From assembly GCA_905479165.1 (NCBI GenBank), contig CAJQLK010000042.1:246-64245 (forward strand): a DNA stretch of 64,000 nt, read 5' to 3'. How positions within the stretch are numbered: position 1 is the stretch's first letter; every line of letters starts with the position of its first letter. Below the pieces are notes generated by a model. The model was not told the DNA's origin and searched no databases. It was given only the letters and a program-made list of their open reading frames with translations. The position numbers were made by a program, and so were the translations under genes. Below, piece by piece: positions 17,864 to 27,943 of this stretch. The stretch comes from an uncultured Flavobacteriales bacterium (GTDB lineage Bacteria > Bacteroidota > Bacteroidia > Flavobacteriales > BACL11).

Positions 17864-18187
17864 TTATAAAGAAAAACTTTCCCCACAACCACAGGTTCTG
17901 CTTGCATTTGGGTTGTTGAATACAAACCCTTTTCCGTTTAGTCCGTCAGAAAACTCTAAGGTAGTACCAACTAAGTATAAAAAACTTTTTTTATTGATTA
18001 ACAGCTTGATGTCATTGTCTTCAATTAATTCATCTTCATCATTTCTTGAATTATCAAAGTCTAATTTATAGTTTAAACCCGAACACCCACCACTTTCAAC
18101 ACCAACTCTTACAAATTGCTTGTTTTCAGTGTCTTTATCTAGTAGATAAAGTAATCTTTCTTTTGCAGAATTACTTATTTTAATCAT
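17864..18187 (-). CDS. HesB/IscA-family iron-sulfur cluster insertion (A-type carrier) protein
   Basis: 107 aa. It has GGCSG and the C-terminal CGCGESF motif, and is the first gene of the suf operon. Confidence 0.85.
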   Translation of the reverse strand: MIKISNSAKERLLYLLDKDTENKQFVRVGVESGGCSGLNYKLDFDNSRNDEDELIEDNDIKLLINKKSFLYLVGTTLEFSDGLNGKGFVFNNPNASRTCGCGESFSL

Positions 18188-18216
18188 TTATTTAGAATTG
18201 TTCTAATTCAGGGCTG

Positions 18217-18224
18217 CAAAGATA
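18217..18224 (-). promoter_or_regulatory. -7 promoter box TATCTTTG for the suf operon
   Basis: Exact TAnnTTTG on the minus strand, 29 nt before the ATG at 18187. Confidence 0.45.
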
Positions 18225-18247
18225 CAAAATAAAGCGCATATTTTCTC

Positions 18248-18255
18248 TATCTTTG
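18248..18255 (+). promoter_or_regulatory. -7 promoter box TATCTTTG for thiL (4 nt before the ATG)
   Basis: The sequence reads cTATCTTTGcaccATG, divergent from the suf promoter. Confidence 0.4.
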
Positions 18256-18259
18256 CACC

Positions 18260-19315
18260 ATGAGTATATTAGAAGATAAAGGCGTGAATACAACTTCAAT
18301 TGAGAGTTTGGGGGAGTTTGGTTTAATAGATAATTTAACAAATGGAATTATAACTAAAAATAGTTCAACTGTTAAAGGTATTGGTGATGATGCTGCTGTT
18401 ATTGATATTGGAGATAAGTATCAATTAGTTAGTACTGATTTGCTAGTTGAGGGAGTTCATTTTGATTTAGCTTATATGCCATTAAAGCATTTAGGATACA
18501 AAGCTGTAGCTATAAATGTATCTGATATTTGCGCTATGAATGGTGATTCAAAACAAATAACACTTGGGCTTGCTTTAAGTAATAGGTATACAGTTGAGGC
18601 ACTTGAAGAATTATATGATGGAATAAAATTAGCTTGCGAACATTATGAGGTAGATTTGGTAGGTGGGGACACTACTTCTTCAACATCTGGCTTGATGATA
18701 AGTGTTACGGTTTTAGGTGAGGTTGAAAAGGATAAAATTACTTATAGAAGCGGAGCAAAAGTAAATGATTTAGTAGTTTGTACTGGAGATTTAGGAGCTG
18801 CTTATTTAGGACTTCAGATCCTAAATAGAGAGAAAGAAATGTTTAAGGAAAACCCTACAATGCAACCTGATTTAACAGGTAATGATTATGTATTAAGAAG
18901 GCAATTAAAACCAGAAGCGGCTACAAAATATACTAAAATTTTAAAAGAATTAGATATAGTTCCTACTTCAATGATTGATATTTCAGATGGACTTTCTTCT
19001 GAAGCGTTACATCTCTCAAAATCATCAGAAGTTGGGATTACTTTACATGAAGACAAAATTCCTGTAGATTATACTGCTATGAATTTAGCAAATGAGTTTA
19101 ATATGAATCCTATTTTTTGCGCTCTAAATGGTGGAGAGGATTACGAATTGCTTTTTACTATTGGCCAAGAACATTATGAAAAATTAAAGAACGATCCTGA
19201 TTTTACTATTGTAGGATTTGTTACTGATAAATCACAAGGAAATAATTTTATAGCTAATGATGGAAGCTCACATCCTCTAACCGCACAGGGATGGGATGCC
19301 ACGAAGAACATTTAA
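18260..19315 (+). CDS. thiL: Thiamine-monophosphate kinase
   Basis: 351 aa with the AIR-synthase-like fold motifs GEFGLI, GDDAAV and VGGDTT. Confidence 0.85.
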   Translation: MSILEDKGVNTTSIESLGEFGLIDNLTNGIITKNSSTVKGIGDDAAVIDIGDKYQLVSTDLLVEGVHFDLAYMPLKHLGYKAVAINVSDICAMNGDSKQITLGLALSNRYTVEALEELYDGIKLACEHYEVDLVGGDTTSSTSGLMISVTVLGEVEKDKITYRSGAKVNDLVVCTGDLGAAYLGLQILNREKEMFKENPTMQPDLTGNDYVLRRQLKPEAATKYTKILKELDIVPTSMIDISDGLSSEALHLSKSSEVGITLHEDKIPVDYTAMNLANEFNMNPIFCALNGGEDYELLFTIGQEHYEKLKNDPDFTIVGFVTDKSQGNNFIANDGSSHPLTAQGWDATKNI

Positions 19316-19326
19316 TAAAGTATATT

Positions 19327-20616
19327 TTAATTATTCATTAAACCTTCAATTTCCTCTATTTCAATAGGAATATTTTTCATTAAATCATCTGGTCCATTTG
19401 CTGTAACTAAGATGTCATTTTCTAATCTGACACCTAATTCTTCCTCTAAAATATAGATTCCGGGCTCGCAAGTAAACACCATCCCTTCTTTCATTGACCA
19501 ATCAAAATTACCAACATCATGTACATCAAGCCCTAAATAATGTGAAGTTCCATGCATAAAATATTTTTTGTATAATGGTTTTAAAGGGTCTTGTTTTTGC
19601 ACATCATGTTTATCCAAAAGTGCTAGCTTGATGAGTTCTAATTCCATTATTCTTCCAATTTCAGCATTATACTCTTTCAACTTTGTTCCTGGAACTAGCA
19701 TTTTTGTAGCTTCCTTCATCACATGAAGCACTGAATTGTAGACTGCTTTTTGTCGTTCAGAGAATTTCCCATTTACAGGTATAGTTCTTGTTAAATCAGA
19801 GGCATAATTTGCGTATTCTGCCCCAAAGTCCATGAGTAAGATGTCTCCATCTTTACAAGCCTTGTTGTTTTCAATATAATGTAAAACGCATGAATCAACT
19901 CCAGATCCTATAATTGGTTGATAAGCAAACCCATTAGAACGATTCCTTAAGAACTCATGCATCAATTCAGCTTCAATTTCATATTCCATAACTCCTGGCT
20001 TAATAAATGGAAGAATTCTTCTCAAACCTTTTTCTGTGATATTACATGCATTTTGCATTAGTGCAATTTCAATATCAGACTTAATAGCTCTTAACTCATG
20101 CATTATAGGAGCAACTTCTTTTATTGCTTTATTTGAGTATTTATCAGTAATCATATTTCTGAATCTGTCATCTCTTGTTTGAACATCAGATGCTGATCTG
20201 CTATGAATATTTTTATTCAGATAGATGCTATCGCATTTTGAAATCATCTCATACAATTTAGTTTCTAACTCATCTAACCAAAAAACAGTTTTAATTCCTG
20301 ATACTTTAAAAGCATCATTTTTAGTGAGTTTTGCACCTTCCCAAATGGCAATATGCTGATTTGTTTCTTTTAAAAATATAACTTCACGCATATTCTCATC
20401 AGGATGATTTGGAAATAAAACTAAAATACTCTCTTCTTGGTCAACCCCGCTTAACCAAAATAAATCATTGTTCTGTTTGAATGGCATAGTCCCATCTGCA
20501 TTAGTTGGCATTATATCATTTGCATTAAAAATGGCGAGATCATTCCCTTTTATTTTAGCATTAAGTAATAACCTATTTTTTATAAATAGCTGCCTGTCAA
20601 TTGTTAAGTATTTCAT
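19327..20616 (-). CDS. pepP: Xaa-Pro aminopeptidase (M24B family)
   Basis: 429 aa. It has the creatinase/prolidase N-domain and M24 metal ligands (DFGAEYANYASDLTRT, HGTSHYLGLDVHD, EPGIY). Confidence 0.85.
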   Translation of the reverse strand: MKYLTIDRQLFIKNRLLLNAKIKGNDLAIFNANDIMPTNADGTMPFKQNNDLFWLSGVDQEESILVLFPNHPDENMREVIFLKETNQHIAIWEGAKLTKNDAFKVSGIKTVFWLDELETKLYEMISKCDSIYLNKNIHSRSASDVQTRDDRFRNMITDKYSNKAIKEVAPIMHELRAIKSDIEIALMQNACNITEKGLRRILPFIKPGVMEYEIEAELMHEFLRNRSNGFAYQPIIGSGVDSCVLHYIENNKACKDGDILLMDFGAEYANYASDLTRTIPVNGKFSERQKAVYNSVLHVMKEATKMLVPGTKLKEYNAEIGRIMELELIKLALLDKHDVQKQDPLKPLYKKYFMHGTSHYLGLDVHDVGNFDWSMKEGMVFTCEPGIYILEEELGVRLENDILVTANGPDDLMKNIPIEIEEIEGLMNN

Positions 20617-20637
20617 CTGTTATTTTTAAAAGAATGT

Positions 20638-20645
20638 CAAAGGTA
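20638..20645 (-). promoter_or_regulatory. -7 promoter box TACCTTTG for pepP
   Basis: Exact TAnnTTTG on the minus strand, 21 nt before the ATG at 20616. Confidence 0.45.
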
Positions 20646-20712
20646 GTAAAATAAGGCTTATCTATAATTATTATGAATTAGAAAATAGGTTGTTTATTTG
20701 CACTATCTACCT

Positions 20713-20720
20713 TACCTTTG
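20713..20720 (+). promoter_or_regulatory. -7 promoter box TACCTTTG for sdhCAB
   Basis: Exact TAnnTTTG, 25 nt before the ATG at 20746. Confidence 0.45.
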
Positions 20721-20745
20721 CCATTTAATATTATAAAATAATAAA

Positions 20746-21426
20746 ATGAGTAATGGATTATCAGATTCTTCAGTTGGAAGAAAAGTTTTAATGGCCTTGT
20801 CAGGTTTTTTCCTGTTGTTTTTTTTAATGCAACATTTTGTAATCAATTTATTTTCGGTAATCAGTGCTGATTTATTTAATGAGATATCTCATTTTATGGG
20901 AACAAATGGATTAATTCAGTTTGTACTGCAGCCTATATTGATATTTGGATTTTTGTTTCATTTAGCAATGGGAATGTATTTAGAAAGGAAAAATAGTGCC
21001 GCGCGACCTATTAAATACGCAATGGACAAGCCATCAGAAAACTCAAATTGGATGAGTAGAAATATGCTTATCACAGGCATCATGGTAATGCTATTTTTAG
21101 CCTTACACTTTTATGATTTTTGGTTTCCAGAAATCAAAACAAAATTTATTGATGGCGATTGGAGTGGATTGCATAATGGCGAATTCCGGTATTGGGAAGA
21201 ATTACATCATAAATTTCAAGATATAATTAGAGTTTCAATTTATTGTGTTGCTTTTATTTTCTTAGCACTTCATTTATCTCATGGTTTTCAATCAGCATTT
21301 CAGTCAGTAGGATTTAATCATAATAAGTACACTCCAATAATAAAGAAATTAGGAACACTTTATGCTATTATAATTCCTTTTGGATTTATATTTATTGCAT
21401 TGTTCCATTATTTTACACAAAATTAA
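20746..21426 (+). CDS. sdhC: Succinate dehydrogenase/fumarate reductase cytochrome b subunit (b558 family)
   Basis: 226 aa and five-TM-like, with conserved His residues. It lies immediately upstream of sdhA/sdhB. Confidence 0.8.
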   Translation: MSNGLSDSSVGRKVLMALSGFFLLFFLMQHFVINLFSVISADLFNEISHFMGTNGLIQFVLQPILIFGFLFHLAMGMYLERKNSAARPIKYAMDKPSENSNWMSRNMLITGIMVMLFLALHFYDFWFPEIKTKFIDGDWSGLHNGEFRYWEELHHKFQDIIRVSIYCVAFIFLALHLSHGFQSAFQSVGFNHNKYTPIIKKLGTLYAIIIPFGFIFIALFHYFTQN

Positions 21427-21436
21427 AAATTAAGCT

Positions 21437-23452
21437 ATGTCAGTTTTAGATTCTAAGATTCCAGATGGACCATTAAAAGATAAATGGACCAATCATAAAA
21501 ACAAGATTAATCTTGTTAACCCAGCTAACAAAAGAAATATTGATATTATAGTTGTTGGTACCGGTTTGGCTGGTGGTTCTGCGGCCGCATCACTTGCAGA
21601 AATGGGATATAATGTAAAATCATTTTGTTATCAAGATTCTCCAAGAAGAGCACACTCTATAGCGGCACAAGGAGGGATTAATGCAGCAAAAAACTATCAA
21701 AATGACGGGGACTCTGTTTATCGGTTATTTTATGATACGGTTAAAGGAGGAGATTACAGATCTAGAGAAGCTAATGTATACAGATTAGCAGAGGTTTCAG
21801 GCAATATAATTGATCAATGTGTAGCACAGGGAGTCCCTTTCGGTAGAGATTACGGCGGGCTATTAGATAATCGTTCGTTTGGAGGAGTATTAGTTTCGAG
21901 AACATTTTACGCTAAAGGACAAACAGGTCAACAGTTATTATTAGGTGCTTATTCAGCATTAAACAGACAAATTGCAAAAGGAAAGGTTACTATGTACAAT
22001 CGTCATGAGATGGTTGAGTTGGTGAAAGTGAATGGAAAAGCAAGAGGAATTATTGCTAGAAACTTAGAGACTGGAGAATTAGAAAGACATTCGGCACATG
22101 CTGTTGTTATTGCTAGTGGAGGGTACGGAAATGTATTTTTCTTATCAACTAATGCAATGGGATCAAATGCAACTGCAGCTTGGAAAATTCATAAAAAAGG
22201 AGCGTATTTTGCAAATCCTTGTTACACACAAATCCACCCAACTTGTATTCCAAGAAGTGGTGAGCATCAATCTAAACTGACTTTAATGTCAGAATCATTA
22301 AGAAATGATGGTAGAATTTGGGTGCCAAAAAATATGGAGGATGTACTAGCGATTCGTGAAGGAAAACTAAGTCCAACTGATTTATCAGAAGATAAAAGAG
22401 ATTATTACTTGGAAAGAAAATATCCTGCATTTGGTAATTTAGTGCCTAGAGATATAGCTTCAAGAGCTGCTAAAGAAATATGTGATGCGGGGTATGGAGT
22501 TAATAGTACTGGAGAAGCAGTATATTTAGATTTTGCATCTGCTATCCAAAGATATGGCAAGCAAGAAGCTGCAATTGCAAGAATACAAAACCCTTCTGAA
22601 GCTGATATTTTAAAATTAGGAGAAGAGGTTATTGAATCAAAATATGGAAATCTTTTTCAGATGTACGAGAAAATTGTAGCAGAAGATCCATATAAAAAAC
22701 CAATGATGATTTACCCCGCAGTACACTACACTATGGGAGGGGTTTGGGTAGATTATAATTTGATGACTTCTGTTGAAGGCTGTTATTGTATTGGAGAGGC
22801 AAATTTTTCTGATCATGGGGCAAATAGATTAGGCGCATCTGCATTAATGCAAGGATTAGCAGATGGTTATTTTGTACTGCCTTATACTATTGGAAATTAT
22901 CTTTCTAATGAAATTAGAACAGGAAAAATTTCTACTGAAGCCGCAGAGTTTGTTGCTGCTGAAAAAGAAGTTTCAGATAGAATTGAAAAATTAATGAATA
23001 TCAAAGGCACAAAATCTGTTGACCATTTCCATAAGTTATTAGGTAAAGCAATGTGGGAATATGTTGGTATGACTCGTAATGAGGAAGGGCTTAAAAAAGC
23101 AATGACCGAAATAAAAAAAATACGTGATGACTTTTGGAAGGATGTAAAAATTCCTGGAGATAGAAACTCTTTAAACCGTGAATTAGAAAAAGCGGGGAGA
23201 GTAGCTGACTTTTTAGAATTAGGAGAGCTTTTTGCAAAAGACGCACTACATAGAAACGAAAGTTGTGGTGGGCATTTTAGAAAAGAATCAGTAGAGCTAG
23301 ACGGCTTACAAAAAGGAGAAGCAAAAAGAAACGATACAGATTATGCTTATGTTGCAGCTTGGGAATATAAAGGAGAGCCTGCTGATGCAGTAATGCACAA
23401 AGAAGAGTTAGAATTTAAGGATATTGAATTGAAACAAAGATCTTACAAATAA
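21437..23452 (+). CDS. sdhA: Succinate dehydrogenase/fumarate reductase flavoprotein subunit
   Basis: 671 aa. It has the FAD-binding motif [12 protein letters not shown], the covalent-FAD His region ([13 protein letters not shown]) and HYTMGG. Confidence 0.92.
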   Translation: MSVLDSKIPDGPLKDKWTNHKNKINLVNPANKRNIDIIVVGTGLAGGSAAASLAEMGYNVKSFCYQDSPRRAHSIAAQGGINAAKNYQNDGDSVYRLFYDTVKGGDYRSREANVYRLAEVSGNIIDQCVAQGVPFGRDYGGLLDNRSFGGVLVSRTFYAKGQTGQQLLLGAYSALNRQIAKGKVTMYNRHEMVELVKVNGKARGIIARNLETGELERHSAHAVVIASGGYGNVFFLSTNAMGSNATAAWKIHKKGAYFANPCYTQIHPTCIPRSGEHQSKLTLMSESLRNDGRIWVPKNMEDVLAIREGKLSPTDLSEDKRDYYLERKYPAFGNLVPRDIASRAAKEICDAGYGVNSTGEAVYLDFASAIQRYGKQEAAIARIQNPSEADILKLGEEVIESKYGNLFQMYEKIVAEDPYKKPMMIYPAVHYTMGGVWVDYNLMTSVEGCYCIGEANFSDHGANRLGASALMQGLADGYFVLPYTIGNYLSNEIRTGKISTEAAEFVAAEKEVSDRIEKLMNIKGTKSVDHFHKLLGKAMWEYVGMTRNEEGLKKAMTEIKKIRDDFWKDVKIPGDRNSLNRELEKAGRVADFLELGELFAKDALHRNESCGGHFRKESVELDGLQKGEAKRNDTDYAYVAAWEYKGEPADAVMHKEELEFKDIELKQRSYK

Positions 23453-23456
23453 GAAT

Positions 23457-24209
23457 ATGGATTTAACACTTAAAGTCTGGAGACAGAAAAATAGAGAAGA
23501 AAAGGGACGTTTAGAAACCTATAAGGTTACTGGAATTTCGGAGCACGCTTCTTTTTTAGAAATGCTTGATATTATGAATGAACAATTAATAAAGGAGGGC
23601 ACAGAACCTGTGGCTTTTGATCATGATTGCCGAGAGGGAATTTGTGGTACTTGTTCTCTTTATATTAATGGAGAGGCTCATGGGCCTGATAGAAAAGTAA
23701 CTACTTGCCAACTGCATATGCGTATGTTTAAAGATGGTGAAACTATTTATATTGAACCTTGGAGATCGGCTGCTATGCCAGTGATTAAGGATTTAATTGT
23801 AGACAGATCTTCATTTGATAGAATTCAGCAATCTGGAGGGTTTGTTTCAGTAAATACATCTGGAAATACACAAGACGCAAATGCATTGCCAATACCTAAA
23901 ATGAATGCTGATAAAGCTTTTGATGCTGCCGCTTGTATTGGATGTGGAGCTTGTGTTGCTACTTGCAAAAATTCTTCAGCTATGCTATTTGTTGCTGCTA
24001 AAGTATCTCAGTTTGCTTACTTGCCACAAGGGAAAGTAGAAGCAAAACAAAGAGTATTGAATATGGTAGAGCAAATGGATATAGAGGGATTTGGAAATTG
24101 TACTAATACAGGTGCTTGTGAGGTAGAATGTCCGAAAAGTATATCTATTGAATATATTGCAAAAATGAACAGAGAGTTTTTATCTGCTTCTTGTTCGTCA
24201 GAGAGTTAA
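23457..24209 (+). CDS. sdhB: Succinate dehydrogenase/fumarate reductase iron-sulfur subunit
   Basis: 250 aa. Cys clusters are [20 protein letters not shown] and [12 protein letters not shown]. Confidence 0.92.
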   Translation: MDLTLKVWRQKNREEKGRLETYKVTGISEHASFLEMLDIMNEQLIKEGTEPVAFDHDCREGICGTCSLYINGEAHGPDRKVTTCQLHMRMFKDGETIYIEPWRSAAMPVIKDLIVDRSSFDRIQQSGGFVSVNTSGNTQDANALPIPKMNADKAFDAAACIGCGACVATCKNSSAMLFVAAKVSQFAYLPQGKVEAKQRVLNMVEQMDIEGFGNCTNTGACEVECPKSISIEYIAKMNREFLSASCSSES

Positions 24210-24228
24210 AAGAAACCTAATATTATAT

Positions 24229-24262
24229 AAAAAAAGCAAGTTCATTTGAACTTGCCTTTTTT
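24229..24262. terminator. Bidirectional rho-independent terminator between convergent sdhB and the DEAD-box helicase gene
   Basis: A perfect 8-bp stem GCAAGTTC-ATTT-GAACTTGC (24236-24255) is flanked by an A-run upstream and a T-run downstream. Confidence 0.8.
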
Positions 24263-24268
24263 ATGTTT

Positions 24269-25513
24269 TTACTTTCTATAGTTTGCTTTCTTCTTTTTTC
24301 TATTTGCAAAGAATTCTTGTTTTTTTCTGTTCTTTTCTTTCTCAAATTCTTTCTTTTCTTGAGCATTCATTGGCTTGTCAGTTTGAGGAAAAGGATGATC
24401 TTTAATTACATCAATTTTTTTACCAATTAGCTTTTCAATATCTCTAATATAAGCATTTTCTTCAGGTTCAGAAATTGAAATTGAAATCCCTTTTTTTCCT
24501 GCCCTTCCACATCTTCCTATTCTATGCACATATGTTTCGGATTCATTAGGTATGTTGTAATTTAACACATGTCTTAACTCATTTATATCAATTCCCCTTG
24601 CAGCAATATCAGTTGCAACTAACACTCTCACCCCTCCATCTTTAAATGATTTTAAAGCGTTCTGCCTTTGGTTTTGAGATTTATCTCCATGTATTGCAGC
24701 AGCTTCAATATTCTTCTTTTTAAGATTTTTTACAATCTTATTCGCTCCATGTTTGGTCCTTGAAAAAACCAGAATTTGTTTTATTTCTTTATCCTTTAAA
24801 ATGTGAAATAGTAATTCTTTCTTACTTGTTTGATTTGTGAAATAAACATATTGTTGTATTGTTTCTGCTGTTGATGAAACTGGAGCAACTGATACATTTT
24901 TAGGGTTTTTCAAGATTGTTTTTGATAGTTCTAAAATATTTTTTGGCATAGTAGCTGAAAAGAAAAGAGATTGTCTTTTCTGAGGAAGCATTTTTATAAT
25001 CTTTTTAATATCATGAATAAAACCCATATCCAACATTCTATCAGCTTCATCTAATACAAAATATTTCACATCTCTTAGTGTGATGTACCCTTGCCCGATA
25101 AGATCAAGCAATCTACCTGGAGTTGCAATTAAAACATCAACTCCCGCATCAAGTCTTTTTACTTGTTTCATTTGCTTTACCCCACCATAAATAACCGTAT
25201 TTTTAATAGAGTTATATTTTGAGTAATCAGTAAAATTCTCAGCGATTTGAATGGCAAGTTCTCTAGTAGGGGTGACAATAAGTGCCTTTACTTTTCTTCT
25301 TCCTTGGTTTTGAGATTCGTTTTCTAAATGATGTAAAATGGGTAATGAAAAAGCAGCAGTTTTACCTGTTCCTGTTTGAGCAGTTCCTAGAACATCATTT
25401 TTATCTAAGAGAAGCGGAATAGCCTTAGCCTGAATTGATGTTGGAGTTTCGTAATTTTGATCTTTCACTGCTTTTTGCAATGATTTATGTAGTTTTAAAT
25501 CTTCAAATGTCAT
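24269..25513 (-). CDS. DEAD-box ATP-dependent RNA helicase (RhlE-like) with a basic C-terminal tail
   Basis: 414 aa. It has the Q-motif, AQTGTGKT, DEAD, SAT and HRIGRCGRAG motifs. Confidence 0.9.
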   Translation of the reverse strand: MTFEDLKLHKSLQKAVKDQNYETPTSIQAKAIPLLLDKNDVLGTAQTGTGKTAAFSLPILHHLENESQNQGRRKVKALIVTPTRELAIQIAENFTDYSKYNSIKNTVIYGGVKQMKQVKRLDAGVDVLIATPGRLLDLIGQGYITLRDVKYFVLDEADRMLDMGFIHDIKKIIKMLPQKRQSLFFSATMPKNILELSKTILKNPKNVSVAPVSSTAETIQQYVYFTNQTSKKELLFHILKDKEIKQILVFSRTKHGANKIVKNLKKKNIEAAAIHGDKSQNQRQNALKSFKDGGVRVLVATDIAARGIDINELRHVLNYNIPNESETYVHRIGRCGRAGKKGISISISEPEENAYIRDIEKLIGKKIDVIKDHPFPQTDKPMNAQEKKEFEKEKNRKKQEFFANRKKKKANYRK

Positions 25514-25587
25514 ATAGTAATATTGTTTTGCAAGTGTAAGTATATTACAAATGATAGCCTATTCATCTGTAGTTTATTGCAAATTAT

Positions 25588-25595
25588 TATGTTTG
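25588..25595 (+). promoter_or_regulatory. -7 promoter box TATGTTTG, 4 nt before the ATG at 25600
   Basis: The sequence reads atTATGTTTGtagtATG. Confidence 0.4.
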
Positions 25596-25599
25596 TAGT

Positions 25600-26376
25600 A
25601 TGAAGGAATCACTTTCGATAACCCTAATCCAAGCTAATCTTCATTGGGAAGATGTGGATGCAAATTTAAATCATTTTGATAAACTGATTTCTGTTATTAA
25701 AGAAATTGATTTAATTTTACTTCCTGAGATGTTCAATACTTCTTTCTGCCCAAAATCTAATCATTTATCTGAATCAATGAATGGGAAATCTGTTAGTTGG
25801 ATGAAGGAAATATCCAAGAAAAAAAAATGTGTTATTGCTGGCTCATTAATGATACATGATGAGGGTAAAGTTTATAATCGTCTAGTTTGGATTAGTAAGG
25901 ATGGGCAGATTTCTACTTATGATAAAAGACATTTGTTTTCATTAATAGATGAGGGAAGACATATTTCAAAAGGAAATAATCGTTTAATTGTAGAGCTAGA
26001 AGGTTGGAAAATTTGCCCTCTTATTTGTTATGATTTGCGTTTCCCAGTTTTTTGCAGAAATAATGTAGATTATGATTTGTTAATCTATTTGGCAAATTGG
26101 CCAATAAAAAGAATTGATGCATGGGATACGCTTTTAAAAGCTCGGTCAATAGAAAATCAGTGTTTTACTATAGGTGTGAACAGAGTAGGAGAGGATGGAA
26201 ATGGAATATCATTTAACGGATATACAAAAGTTTTTGATGCTTTTGGAAAGGAACTGCTTTCAGCTAAAGAAAATATGGAAGAAGTTCTGCAAATAGAAAT
26301 TAGCTTAGATGATTTGAAATTGAAAAGAAGGCAAATGAATTTCCTGCAAGATAGAGATAATTTTACTCTAGAATAA
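25600..26376 (+). CDS. Carbon-nitrogen hydrolase family amidohydrolase (omega-amidase/YafV-like)
   Basis: 258 aa. The nitrilase-superfamily catalytic triad context is LPE, K(RHLF) and ICYDLRFP. Confidence 0.8.
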   Translation: MKESLSITLIQANLHWEDVDANLNHFDKLISVIKEIDLILLPEMFNTSFCPKSNHLSESMNGKSVSWMKEISKKKKCVIAGSLMIHDEGKVYNRLVWISKDGQISTYDKRHLFSLIDEGRHISKGNNRLIVELEGWKICPLICYDLRFPVFCRNNVDYDLLIYLANWPIKRIDAWDTLLKARSIENQCFTIGVNRVGEDGNGISFNGYTKVFDAFGKELLSAKENMEEVLQIEISLDDLKLKRRQMNFLQDRDNFTLE

Positions 26377-27457
26377 GCCACTCTAATTCTAAATCCCAAT
26401 TGGAACGAATAGTTATTTCTGATGGGTAATTTTGCACTTTCTCTACCTGTACTTTATTTGCCCAATTTCCAGTTGTCCATTTCCTATCTTCATTTAAATC
26501 ACTAATATATTTCAGTTGATATTTCCCTGCAATAAGTTCATCTAAAATATATGGAGGATTAGTAAACGAGAATTCTTTAACTACTTTTTTATTTTGCAAA
26601 AGTTGGAAAATACAAGGTGTGGTATTGCTACTTCTGATTTCAAGTTTTCCATAAGAAATTTCTTCTTTTATAAGAGTGTCAATTAATAAACCATCAACAG
26701 AAGGGCTGTCAGTTTTTAGTCCAGTTGTATCAGAATTTGTACTATCAATTTTTATTATAGGATTAAATGAAAATAGGCAAAAAAAGCTATCAGTTTCTGC
26801 ATTTACGCAACTATCTAAATATGCAATACTTTCATCTTCATTATAGATAAAATCAAATTCAGTAAGTGCTACAGCTTTGTAGTTTTTAGCGTTCAAATTA
26901 GGGAAATGAAAGTTGCCTTCTTTATCAGTTTTTGCAATGTAATTAGGATTTTCTTTAAAGATAACAGAGTCATTTTTATTTTCTTCAAAAAGCATAATCC
27001 AAGCATTTTCTATTTGATCTAAAGTATAAGCATCTTGCAATTTTCCACTTAAAGTTAGCGTATCTAAAACATCAGAAGTTGAGAAAATGTAGTTAAGCGT
27101 GTCAAGTATATTTCCTTCATTTAAATCTTTAATACAAGAGCTTAACGCCAGATTGTAGGTTGCGTTTTCTAAAAGTGTATCTTCAATAGTTAAGAATAGC
27201 TCATTTCCTTTTATTATCTTTTGAATTCGTTTATTAATTGGGGGTGAAATGTAAAAATTTTGTTCCCAATTATTTAGCACAATAAACTCGTCAAAGTAAA
27301 ATGAAACAATTTTTTCATGAAGATGCTGGAAATTCTTTGTATCGTTTGTTTTTTGTAATATAGGTGCATTAATATCTTTTTCGCCACCAGTAGGTGCAAC
27401 TATATTAGCACAGGAAATAAGACACAAAACAATAAATATTTGCAGCAATTTTTTCAT
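26363..27457 (-). CDS. Lipoprotein with an Ig-like domain, hypothetical
   Basis: The lipobox MKKLLQIFIVLCLISC starts at ATG 27457. Conserved Bacteroidetes-type N-terminus APTGGEKDINAP. Function unknown. Confidence 0.6.
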   Translation of the reverse strand: MKKLLQIFIVLCLISCANIVAPTGGEKDINAPILQKTNDTKNFQHLHEKIVSFYFDEFIVLNNWEQNFYISPPINKRIQKIIKGNELFLTIEDTLLENATYNLALSSCIKDLNEGNILDTLNYIFSTSDVLDTLTLSGKLQDAYTLDQIENAWIMLFEENKNDSVIFKENPNYIAKTDKEGNFHFPNLNAKNYKAVALTEFDFIYNEDESIAYLDSCVNAETDSFFCLFSFNPIIKIDSTNSDTTGLKTDSPSVDGLLIDTLIKEEISYGKLEIRSSNTTPCIFQLLQNKKVVKEFSFTNPPYILDELIAGKYQLKYISDLNEDRKWTTGNWANKVQVEKVQNYPSEITIRSNWDLELEWLILE

Positions 27458-27522
27458 TAGGGCAAATAAACAAATAAATTTCCATAACCTCTCACTAGAC
27501 ACTCTTAACTCCTAACTTTATT

Positions 27523-27683
27523 TTATGCTGCAGTAATAGTTGAGATACTAACTTTCACACCTTCCAATTCTTGTATTTTTTGAGCGCAAGCCTCGAATGT
27601 TAAGCCAGTGTTATTACACCATTAATAAGTAAATTATGTTTTCCCTTTAGTTTTTTACTATTACTTAAATCAAAAGATTTCAT
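27523..27683 (-). pseudogene. Possible remnant of a short-chain dehydrogenase (SDR) N-terminus, frameshifted and truncated
   Basis: The minus strand reads MKSFDLSNSKKLKGKHNLLING. After a frame change it reads (C)NNTGLTFEACAQKIQELEGVKVSI...stop. This resembles the SDR Rossmann start K.xLITG...GIG...A..L...GA.V. Confidence 0.3.
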
Positions 27684-27893
27684 CAAGTTTTCCCATTTGC
27701 TAAATCGTTTTTTTTGAGGATCAGTATTTTCTATTCACTTACATCATTTTTTGATGTTTGATGCAAGCTAGATATACAAATACATTCTTCATGCTTAAGT
27801 AAGTTACTTGCAGCAATAATATGTAATGATGGATAAAATAACGATCGAAAATCTTTTACAAACAACTAGTAATATGCAGAATATTAAGCCAAT

Positions 27894-27921
27894 AAAAAAC
27901 CCACCAACTGGTGGGTTTTTT
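27894..27921 (-). terminator. Rho-independent terminator downstream of nrdJ
   Basis: AAAAAA-CCCACC-AACT-GGTGGG-TTTTTT, a perfect 6-bp GC-rich stem with flanking A and T runs, 22 nt past the nrdJ stop. Confidence 0.8.
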
Positions 27922-27943
27922 ATTTAAATATATTTAGAACTCT

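Noticed and set aside
17619-18071. 150-aa plus-strand ORF antisense to sufB and the iscA-like gene. Similar antisense ORFs appear in the track, e.g. 2280-2784, 3228-3410, 4573-4962, 5187-5462, 5662-5964, 6465-6737, 8212-8458, 8889-9101, 12405-12689, 34476-34703, 37688-37981, 38170-38430, 48710-49009, 50002-50756, 53784-54137, 56992-57222 and 62990-63256.
   Set aside because: These are shadow ORFs on the opposite strand of strongly conserved genes. Their translations are low-complexity (Ser/Phe/Ile/Leu-rich), as expected for antisense frames in AT-rich DNA, and show no motifs.
18188-18259. TPP riboswitch before thiL, and a Fur/IscR-type operator before the suf operon (short inverted repeat GAATTgttctAATTC at about 18195-18209).
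   Set aside because: The 72-bp divergent region is too short for a TPP aptamer and lacks its conserved CUGAGA element. The 5-bp inverted repeat is too short and AT-rich to distinguish from chance, and I know no validated Bacteroidetes suf operator to compare it with.
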